Origin: Bacillota bacterium
GTDB taxonomy: Bacteria; Bacillota; Clostridia; Peptostreptococcales; Anaerovoracaceae
Reading direction: 5' to 3'
DNA length: 24,854 bases
Assembly: GCA_017386805.1 (NCBI GenBank)
Contig: JAFOGM010000279.1
Span: 1 to 24,854, forward strand
Below are positions 1-6,359 of the stretch, one piece after another. Made by a program: the position numbers and the translations under genes. Within the stretch, counting starts at the first letter, position 1. Each line of letters opens with the position of its first letter. The notes under the pieces are model-generated. The model worked only from the letters and a program-made list of their open reading frames with translations, ran no database searches and was not told the DNA's origin.

Positions 1-303
1 ACTGATCACTAAAATAGCATAGTCCAGTACCTGAAGGGTTCGTTCCATTTCCGTGGAGAAATCCACATGGCCAGGGGTATCCAGAAGCATGATCTCCAGA
101 TCCTCGGATAGAGGGAGGACCGCTTGTTTGGAAAAAATCGTGATCCCACGTTCACGCTCCATCTCATTGTTGTCAAGAAAGGCATTCTGATGGTCCACAC
201 GACCTTGTTTTTTTATGGCGCCGCAGGTATAAAGCAGCGCTTCCGATAACGTGGTTTTTCCGGCGTCCACGTGAGCCAGAATACCAACGACAGTTCGTTT
301 CAT
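1..303 (-). CDS. Translational GTPase, TetM/TetO/EF-G-like superfamily, N-terminal 101 aa only (runs off left edge)
   Basis: Manual translation of the minus strand from ATG 303-301, preceded by SD AAGGAG: MKRTVVGILAHVDAGKTTLSEALLYTCGAIKKQGRVDHQNAFLDNNEMERERGITIFSKQAVLPLSEDLEIMLLDTPGHVDFSTEMERTLQVLDYAILVIS. Contains G1 AHVDAGKT, G2 RGITI and G3 DTPGH. Not in the ORF track because there is no stop in the window. Confidence 0.9.
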   Translation of the reverse strand, partial: MKRTVVGILAHVDAGKTTLSEALLYTCGAIKKQGRVDHQNAFLDNNEMERERGITIFSKQAVLPLSEDLEIMLLDTPGHVDFSTEMERTLQVLDYAILVIS

Positions 304-338
304 AAAGATCTCCTTTGAATTGAGATTATCAGTATTTT

Positions 339-368
339 ATTCTACCATAGGATCGCAGGAAGGCGCAA
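339..368 (-). promoter_or_regulatory. Putative sigma-A promoter for the GTPase gene
   Basis: Minus strand TTGCGC-N18-TAGAAT with extended -10 (TGnTAGAAT); motif match only. Confidence 0.5.
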
Positions 369-424
369 GATCGTGAAATCTTAACAAAAAATGTGTAGAA
401 TTGATGAAATTCATAAAAGATTCC

Positions 425-454
425 ATGACAGATTTCCAGGGTCTATGGTATAAT
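425..454 (+). promoter_or_regulatory. Putative sigma-A promoter for the membrane-MsrA gene
   Basis: ATGACA-N18-TATAAT with extended -10 (TGgTATAAT); SD AAGGAG before ATG 510. Confidence 0.6.
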
Positions 455-509
455 GATTCACAGTGTAACAAGAGTACACTGCAATTAATTTGAAGGAGAT
501 ATTTCTGTA

Positions 510-1706
510 ATGAGTAATACTAGAAACAAGAAAAGCCCGAAAAAGACAGGATATTTAATGATCTTTATCGGTTTGATTTTACCCTGGTTCTTCCTGGACC
601 TGACAGGTCTTTTGATGAAGATCGCGGGTGCTGGTCTGATCTACTACGGAATCGATTTGCTGACCAAGGATAACGAAGCCTTCCGTCCCGGGAAAATTGC
701 TTCACTGCTCATCTTTGGTGCCCGCGTAGTGGTATTGGCTTGTGAAATGATCTTAGAACCCAACAGCCAGCTGGCTGTGATTGCTTCCTTGATTTTCATG
801 GTTCCTGAAACCTTTGGTATGATCATGGTGATCCAGACCATTGCGGAAGGATCTATGAAGCTGGAAGAAGTTACCGGAATCAATTTAGATGCGGAAAAGA
901 TGAAAAAGGACTCCAAGTGGTATGGTATCACCGCCATCACTGTTTTGATGGGTACTGTGTTTGCGACCTTTGGAATCGCTTTATTCTCTCTGGTATTTAT
1001 GATTGCTTCCATCTGTTCTCTCATTTATCTGGTGAAGATCCTGAGAAAAATCTGGAATGCAGATTCCACCTATGGAAGATGGAAGGACTCCGGTATGGTA
1101 ACTGCGGGTTATACCGTTCGTGAAGAAGATATTGTTGCGGAAAATACGACTTCCGGTACCAATGGTGTGTTTATGGCGATGCCGGAAGAAGATGAGGAGG
1201 AGCCTAACATGAAGACAATTTATTTGGCTGGTGGTTGTTTCTGGGGTGCTGAAAAGTATCTGGGTCTGGTTCCCGGTGTTGTGGATACCAATGTTGGTTA
1301 CGCAAACGGAAGAACTGAAAATCCGTCTTATGAAGATGTAAAGTATCATCAGTCCGGTCACGCAGAAACTGTACGCGTTAAGTATGATGAAACCAAGATC
1401 TCTCTGGAACGTCTTCTGGAAAAGTACTTTGAAGCTATCGATCCTGTTTCTGTAAATAAGCAGGGCGAAGATGAAGGTATCCAGTACAGAACCGGTATCT
1501 ACTATACTGACAGAGAAGATTTAACTGCCATCAATGCAGTATACGAAAGAATTGCTGAAGCCAATGAAAAGCCTCTGGCTGTGGAAGTTCTCCCCCTGGT
1601 TCACTACTATGAAGCAGAAGACTATCACCAGAAGTATCTGGACAAGAATCCTCAGGGTTATTGCCACCTGGATGGCTGCATGTTCGAAAGAGCAAAGGAA
1701 GTTTAA
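510..1706 (+). CDS. msrA: Polytopic membrane domain (about 6 hydrophobic segments) fused to peptide-methionine (S)-S-oxide reductase MsrA
   Basis: Residues 234-398 (from ATG 1209) carry MsrA motifs GGCFWG, VGYANG, GHAETVRV, QYRTGIY, YEAEDYHQKYL, GYCH. Residues ~14-180 are hydrophobic helices with no family I recognise. An acidic linker joins the two in one continuous frame. Confidence 0.85.
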   Translation: MSNTRNKKSPKKTGYLMIFIGLILPWFFLDLTGLLMKIAGAGLIYYGIDLLTKDNEAFRPGKIASLLIFGARVVVLACEMILEPNSQLAVIASLIFMVPETFGMIMVIQTIAEGSMKLEEVTGINLDAEKMKKDSKWYGITAITVLMGTVFATFGIALFSLVFMIASICSLIYLVKILRKIWNADSTYGRWKDSGMVTAGYTVREEDIVAENTTSGTNGVFMAMPEEDEEEPNMKTIYLAGGCFWGAEKYLGLVPGVVDTNVGYANGRTENPSYEDVKYHQSGHAETVRVKYDETKISLERLLEKYFEAIDPVSVNKQGEDEGIQYRTGIYYTDREDLTAINAVYERIAEANEKPLAVEVLPLVHYYEAEDYHQKYLDKNPQGYCHLDGCMFERAKEV

Positions 1707-1724
1707 TTTTACAGAATGAATAGG

Positions 1725-1755
1725 AAGCCGCGCTGTGTATACGGCGCGGTTTTTC
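1725..1755 (+). terminator. Rho-independent terminator after the msrA fusion
   Basis: GC-rich stem CCGCGCTGT-GTAT-ACGGCGCGG followed by TTTTT. Confidence 0.75.
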
Positions 1756-1783
1756 AGTGAAACTACAAGGAGCAGGAGTAACC

Positions 1784-2203
1784 ATGGAACCTTACGTACA
1801 TAAAGTTCAGTATTACGAAACGGATAAAATGGGCATCGTTCACCATTCCAATTACATTCGCTGGATGGAAGAAGCCAGAATCGATTTTCTGGAACGCATG
1901 GGATGGCCCTATGATCGATTGGAAAACGAAGGGATCATTTCTCCTGTAATCGGAGTGGATTGTAAATATAAAGCGAACTCTCTATTCCCTGATCGGATCG
2001 AAATCGTAGCCAGTGTAGTGGAATACACCGGTGTCAAATTCAAGATCCAGTATATCATGACAAAGGGCGAAACTGTTGTAGCAGAGGGCCATACAGAACA
2101 TTGTCTTGTGAGTTTGGATGGAAAGATTTTGAGAATCAAGAAGCACTATCCCGAACTGCACCAATTTTTTGTTCAGCTGACGACACCGGAAAGTTTTTTG
2201 TAA
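1784..2203 (+). CDS. Acyl-CoA thioesterase, YbgC/FadM (4HBT hotdog) family
   Basis: Motif VQYYETDKMGIVHHSNYIRWMEEAR. Start moved from the track's GTG 1757 to ATG 1784, which follows SD AGGAG. Confidence 0.88.
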   Translation: MEPYVHKVQYYETDKMGIVHHSNYIRWMEEARIDFLERMGWPYDRLENEGIISPVIGVDCKYKANSLFPDRIEIVASVVEYTGVKFKIQYIMTKGETVVAEGHTEHCLVSLDGKILRIKKHYPELHQFFVQLTTPESFL

Positions 2204-2231
2204 AACCGGTATATTCCGATCTTATTCTTAA

Positions 2232-2245
2232 ATAATGTTCGTAAT
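2232..2245 (-). promoter_or_regulatory. Candidate PurR binding site (PurBox) upstream of purC
   Basis: Minus strand ATTACGAACATTAT contains the CGAAC core of Firmicutes PurBoxes, ~50 bp upstream of the putative purC -35. Weaker CGA-core copies lie at ~2212-2224 and ~2349-2362. Confidence 0.4.
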
Positions 2246-2291
2246 TTTAAAGGTTGGAAAAAGTTTTATTGCCATTTTCTTGAATTTCCTC

Positions 2292-2319
2292 TTGTTTTAT
2301 GAGGTGAGTGTGGTATAAT
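2292..2319 (+). promoter_or_regulatory. Putative sigma-A promoter for purC
   Basis: TTGTTT-N16-TATAAT with extended -10 (TGgTATAAT). Confidence 0.55.
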
Positions 2320-2437
2320 ATTTCCGTTAAATGTTTGAGTTTTTTGTGAAAACTCGAATAATGGATTTGTTCAATATTTTTATGGATGAGATGTTTGTAG
2401 ATACAGACGATCGTACCTGAAGGGAGAATAAAAAAAG

Positions 2438-3124
2438 ATGAAAGAACTGTACAACGGTAAGACAAAGAGAGTTCTGTTAGATGAAGAAACTGGTGTAGTA
2501 AATCTGTTCTTTAAGGATTCTGCAACTGGCGAAAACGGTGTATTCGACCCCGGTTCCAACAGTGTAGGTGGAAGCGTAGAAGGTAAGGGTAAGATCGGTC
2601 TGGAAGTTTCCAAGTATTTCTTCGAACTGCTGGAAAAGAACGGTATCCCCACTCAGTACATCGATTCCGATATCGAACAGAACCTGATGCAGGTTAGAAG
2701 CCTGACCGTTCCCAAGCTGGAATTCGTTCTGCGTTATTATACTGCTGGTTCCATGTGCCGTCGTTTTGACCTGGAAGAAGGCATTGAATTCAATCCTCCG
2801 TACACCGAAGTTACTCTGAAGAGCGACGAGCAGGGCGACCCGCTGATCAGCGAAAGACTGTGCCTGATGAAGGGTATCCTGAAGGAAGGTCAGTACGAAG
2901 AAGCTCTGGGTATTCTGGTTCGCGTTGGTGAAGTTCTGAAGGAAGAACTGGCTAAGATGAACCTGAAGCTGATCGACTTCAAGATCGAAGTTGGTTATGA
3001 TGAAACCGGTAAGATGTACGTTGCTGACGAAGTAACTCCTGACATCTGGAGAGTTAAGGATGAAAACGGAAATATTCCGAACCAGATCGACTGCGCTAAG
3101 ATGATCCTGGAAAAGATCAGATAA
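2438..3124 (+). CDS. purC: Phosphoribosylaminoimidazole-succinocarboxamide (SAICAR) synthase
   Basis: N-terminal LYNGKTKRV, FKDSATG, GIPTQYI, LKSDEQGDPLI, LKLIDFKIEVG and VADEVTPD match SAICAR synthetase; strongly biased codon usage. Confidence 0.88.
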   Translation: MKELYNGKTKRVLLDEETGVVNLFFKDSATGENGVFDPGSNSVGGSVEGKGKIGLEVSKYFFELLEKNGIPTQYIDSDIEQNLMQVRSLTVPKLEFVLRYYTAGSMCRRFDLEEGIEFNPPYTEVTLKSDEQGDPLISERLCLMKGILKEGQYEEALGILVRVGEVLKEELAKMNLKLIDFKIEVGYDETGKMYVADEVTPDIWRVKDENGNIPNQIDCAKMILEKIR

Positions 3125-3150
3125 TTATTCATCATAATTTCAAAAAACAC

Positions 3151-3182
3151 AAAACCTCCTGAAATCTTCGGGAGGTTTTCTT
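3151..3182 (+). terminator. Rho-independent terminator after purC
   Basis: AAAACCTCCTGAA-ATC-TTCGGGAGGTTTT inverted repeat with T-rich tail. Confidence 0.8.
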
Positions 3183-3229
3183 GTATCATAAACTTGTAAA
3201 CAGGAGGTGTGGCGGAAACATACATCCTG

Positions 3230-3266
3230 AAAAACAGAAAAACCATCTGAAATCGATCAGATGGTT
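3230..3266 (-). terminator. Rho-independent terminator after tRNA-Leu
   Basis: Perfect 10-bp stem AACCATCTGA-N6-TCAGATGGTT immediately 3' of the tRNA on the minus strand, followed by T runs. Confidence 0.8.
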
Positions 3267-3267
3267 C

Positions 3268-3349
3268 TGGTGCCGGCGGTGGGAGTCGAACCCACACGGT
3301 TTCCCGGACGATTTTGAGTCGTCTGCGTCTGCCATTCCGCCACGCCGGC
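3268..3349 (-). tRNA. tRNA-Leu (anticodon CAA)
   Basis: Cloverleaf folded by hand: acceptor GCCGGCG/CGCCGGC, anticodon stem GACGA/TCGTC with loop CTCAAAA, short class II variable arm CGG-GAAA-CCG, T-arm GTGGG-TTCGACT-CCCAC, discriminator A and encoded CCA; 82 nt. Confidence 0.96.
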
Positions 3350-3371
3350 TTGTTGTGCTCATAACACTTTT

Positions 3372-3401
3372 ATATTACCACAACAGTATATGCAAAATCA
3401 A
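3372..3401 (-). promoter_or_regulatory. Putative promoter for tRNA-Leu
   Basis: Minus strand TTGATT-N18-TAATAT with TG extension, ~22 bp upstream of the mature tRNA 5' end. Confidence 0.4.
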
Positions 3402-3474
3402 GAAAAAAAGTCTTTTCTTTTCGATAAATATCATGTATAATCTTAAATATCACAACATTAGGAGGATATTTTAA

Positions 3475-3882
3475 ATGAATAACACTACTAGTTCTACTGG
3501 TCAGATTGTAATGCTGGTTGCATTATTTGCTATTATGTACTTCCTGTTGATCCGTCCGCAGAAAAAGCAGGAAAAGCAGGTTCGTGAAATGAGATCTGCG
3601 CTGAAGGTTGGCGATGATATCGTTACCATCGGTGGTATCTGCGGTAAGATCGTTCGTGTAAAGGACAATCGTCTGACCATTCAGGTTGGTGCGGATAAGA
3701 CCAAGTTCGATATTGAAAAGTGGGCTGTATCCAGACTGGATGAAGGCCGCAAGGAAACCGCTTCCAAGACTTCCAAGACTGAAGAAGAAAAGAAGGTTAC
3801 CCCCAAGAGCATGAAGAAGCTGGGTAAGAAGGAAGACGGTACTGAAGAAGCTGTTGCTGAAACTGCTGCTGACGCTGAATAA
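3475..3882 (+). CDS. yajC: Preprotein translocase subunit YajC
   Basis: Single TM followed by YFLLIRPQKKQ and LKVGDDIVTIGGICGKI; SD AGGAGG; upstream of secD/secF; charged low-complexity C-tail. Confidence 0.95.
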   Translation: MNNTTSSTGQIVMLVALFAIMYFLLIRPQKKQEKQVREMRSALKVGDDIVTIGGICGKIVRVKDNRLTIQVGADKTKFDIEKWAVSRLDEGRKETASKTSKTEEEKKVTPKSMKKLGKKEDGTEEAVAETAADAE

Positions 3883-3891
3883 GAAATCCAT

Positions 3892-3925
3892 AAAAGAAAC
3901 GTAATTTCGATTGCGTTTCTTTTTT
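3892..3925 (+). terminator. Rho-independent terminator after yajC (possibly bidirectional)
   Basis: AAAAGAAACGTAAT-TTCG-ATTGCGTTTCTTTT plus T tract. Confidence 0.8.
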
Positions 3926-4001
3926 ATTTTTGATAATTGGAAACGTTTTCAGAATGTTGTATTTCAAAGTGAAAAAATACCATTTTTATCAGGTTTTTTT
4001 C

Positions 4002-4035
4002 TTGAAGAATAGTATAAAACGTAGTACACTATAAT
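4002..4035 (+). promoter_or_regulatory. Putative promoter for the secD cluster
   Basis: TTGAAG-N17-TACACT, overlapping a perfect TATAAT at 4030-4035; which -10 is used is ambiguous. Confidence 0.4.
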
Positions 4036-4107
4036 GAGGTATTACTATGCCCAAATGTAGAAAAAACGCTCAGTACTCATGATTTATGAGTCAGGAAAGG
4101 CAAGTGT

Positions 4108-5454
4108 ATGAAGAAATTTTTAGCGATCGTTTTAGCGGTCGTCATCGGTCTGGGATGGTTCGTATCCCTGGCTGGTGCAGGACCGGTAAAACCGTTGAAG
4201 GACCAGATCAAACTGGGACTTGATATGGTGGGCGGCGTTTCTGTATTGATGGAAGCTCAGACGGACCTTACAGGGGAAGAACTGAAAGCTGTCATGAATC
4301 AGACCCAGCTGGTCATCGAAAATCGTGTCAATGAAATGGGGTTATCCGAACCGGTTGTAACCATTGAAGGGGATAACCGAATCCGTGTGGAACTTCCCGG
4401 TGCTGAAGATGCCGATGAGGCCATCAAGATGATCGGGGATACAGCGCAGCTGATTTTTATCACTGCCGATGAACAGGTGATCCTGACCGGATCTAATGTG
4501 AAACACGCCAGTGCTTCTCCCTATCAGGGGGACAAACCCTATTTGATGGGAACTTACACGATCAATCTGGAATTCGATAGCGAAGGTGCGGATTTGTTCT
4601 ATGAAGCTACAAAGAAAGCTGCTACGAAACAAATCGTATCTGCAGGAAAATATGATCCTACACAGATCGCCATTATTTTGGATGATCAGGAGTTATCCGC
4701 TCCCGGTGTGGAAGGACCTATTCCTGGCGGAAAGTGCCAGATCACTGGTAACTATGGAAGTGAAGAGGCTACAAGAATTGCAGCGCTCATTCGCGGTGGT
4801 GCGCTCCCGGTAGCTCTGACAGAAGTGGAAACGCAGAAGGTAGGTCCGTCCTTAGGGATGGAAGCTGCGAAGGTCAGTGTGATTGCCGGTTCTGTTGGGA
4901 TCGTACTGATCATGGTGATCATGATCGCTGCGTATAAAGGCATGGGCCTTACAGAGGATATCGCATTGCTCCTGTATGTTTTAATTGTACTTTGGACCAT
5001 GGTGGCGCTGAAAGGCGTACTGACGCTGCCGGGGATCGCTGGTATTATTTTATCGGTGGGTATGGCCGTGGATGCTAACGTCATCATCTTTGCCAGAATC
5101 AAAGAAGAAAACAACAATGGAAAAAGCGTCCGTGTGGCTGTAGAATCTGGTTTTAAAAGAGCTATGGGTACCATCATCGACTCTCAGGTAACTACCATCA
5201 TTGCAGCTGTTGTTTTGTATCTGTTGGGTACAGGGTCTGTCAGAGGCTTTACACTGACACTGATGATCGGTATCATCGCCAGTATTTTTACTGCAGTGGT
5301 TGTCACTCAGGTATATTTGAAAGTATTTGCAGAAAGTCGGCTTGTAAAGAAGAATCCTGGATTCCTGGGATTAAAGAATAAAGTTAAGACCGCACCCATT
5401 TCTATGGATCCGGAAGTGATCAACGAAGAAGAGGAGGTGGGCTGTGATGCATAA
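4108..5454 (+). CDS. secD: Protein translocase subunit SecD
   Basis: IKLGLDMVGG, VIENRVNEMGLSEP, IRVELPG, VGPSLG, LTLPGIAGIILSVGMAVDANVIIFARIKEE, GSVRGF. Confidence 0.95.
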   Translation: MKKFLAIVLAVVIGLGWFVSLAGAGPVKPLKDQIKLGLDMVGGVSVLMEAQTDLTGEELKAVMNQTQLVIENRVNEMGLSEPVVTIEGDNRIRVELPGAEDADEAIKMIGDTAQLIFITADEQVILTGSNVKHASASPYQGDKPYLMGTYTINLEFDSEGADLFYEATKKAATKQIVSAGKYDPTQIAIILDDQELSAPGVEGPIPGGKCQITGNYGSEEATRIAALIRGGALPVALTEVETQKVGPSLGMEAAKVSVIAGSVGIVLIMVIMIAAYKGMGLTEDIALLLYVLIVLWTMVALKGVLTLPGIAGIILSVGMAVDANVIIFARIKEENNNGKSVRVAVESGFKRAMGTIIDSQVTTIIAAVVLYLLGTGSVRGFTLTLMIGIIASIFTAVVVTQVYLKVFAESRLVKKNPGFLGLKNKVKTAPISMDPEVINEEEEVGCDA

Positions 5455-6355
5455 GTTACTGAACGACTATCTCTTCGTAGAACGAAGAAAGCTGGCATAT
5501 CTCTTATCCATTGCCTTGATCGTGGCTGGATTAGCCATAGGCTTTGTCCGCGGTTTCCACATGGGTATCGACTTTACCGGCGGTACTATGATCCAGTTGC
5601 AGATGGGACAGAAGGTCGATCAGAAGGAGCTGGAAGGCTTCATTTCTGATCACGGCGTGAAAGGATCTGTGACCAGTGCCGGAGAAGATGGACACTCTGT
5701 CATTATTAAGACCACAGTGGCAATGGACACAGACAGTCGAATGGAATTGATCGATGCGATCCGGGACGAATATGAGATTCAGATCGAGGATGAGCTGTTC
5801 ATCGAAAATTCCACGTATATCGGACCTTCCATTGGTGATCTTTTAAAGAAGAATGCCATGAAAGCTCTGGGAATTGCTGCTGTCGGTATGTTGGTATACA
5901 TCATCATTCGTTTTGAATGGATGTCCGCAATTGCTGCGATCCTGGCATTGCTCCATGACGTATTGATGATGCTTGCCTTTTATGGATTGTTCCACATACA
6001 GATCAACAGTCCCTTTATCGCAGCCATTCTGACCGTTGTGGGTTACTCCATCAACAATACCATCGTAATCTACGATCGTGTCAGAGAAAACAAACGTCTC
6101 ATGAAGAAAGTACGTCTGAATGAATTGATCAATACCAGTATCCGTCAGACCATGAGTCGTACCATTATGACATCTCTTACCACAGCAGCAGCGATTCTTC
6201 CGCTGTATGTCATGGGTGGAAGCGCCATCAAAGAATTTTTATTACCGCTTCTGATAGGAGTTGTGGGAGGGACCTATTCCTCCATCTTTATTGCAACACC
6301 GTTATATTACGACTTGTATCATATGATTCACAAGCCGAAGCATAGAGGAAAATGA
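5447..6355 (+). CDS. secF: Protein translocase subunit SecF
   Basis: GIDFTGGT, IGPSIG, HDV, GYSINNTIVIYDRVRE, RTIMTSLTT. Overlaps the secD stop; SD GAGGAGG at 5431-5437; start is ATG 5447 or GTG 5444. Confidence 0.95.
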   Translation: MHKLLNDYLFVERRKLAYLLSIALIVAGLAIGFVRGFHMGIDFTGGTMIQLQMGQKVDQKELEGFISDHGVKGSVTSAGEDGHSVIIKTTVAMDTDSRMELIDAIRDEYEIQIEDELFIENSTYIGPSIGDLLKKNAMKALGIAAVGMLVYIIIRFEWMSAIAAILALLHDVLMMLAFYGLFHIQINSPFIAAILTVVGYSINNTIVIYDRVRENKRLMKKVRLNELINTSIRQTMSRTIMTSLTTAAAILPLYVMGGSAIKEFLLPLLIGVVGGTYSSIFIATPLYYDLYHMIHKPKHRGK

Positions 6356-6359
6356 TAGC

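Noticed and set aside
9-200. 63-aa minus-strand ORF from the track
   Set aside because: Alternative frame inside the real GTPase gene (303 to <1).
1236-1238. Selenocysteine form of MsrA
   Set aside because: The catalytic codon is TGT (Cys), not TGA; no in-frame TGA.
2320-2437. Riboswitch in the purC leader
   Set aside because: No purine, ZTP or ykkC/PRPP consensus elements and no terminator in the leader by eye; a cmscan run would be decisive.
3201-3250. Perfect AGGAGGT followed by a 13-codon GTG ORF; GGTGTGGCGGAA also resembles the tRNA 5' end in opposite orientation
   Set aside because: The SD directly abuts the GTG (too close), it lies downstream of the purC terminator with no promoter, and the 12-nt similarity is beyond the tRNA terminator; likely chance.
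1-3349. Possible genomic island integrated at the tRNA-Leu 3' end
   Set aside because: No integrase, no duplicated tRNA 3' end in the window, the native terminator abuts the tRNA, and codon usage looks native. A partner att site beyond the left edge cannot be excluded.
3181-3474. 97-aa plus-strand ORF, and 2995-3297 on the minus strand
   Set aside because: They overlap the tRNA-Leu gene, its terminator and promoters; spurious.
3751-3882. Low-complexity charged C-terminal tail of YajC
   Set aside because: Such tails are common on clostridial YajC; no repeat unit or arrest motif is visible.
3942-3958. CodY-like box upstream of secD
   Set aside because: Four mismatches to AATTTTCWGAAAATT in AT-rich DNA; not distinguishable from background.
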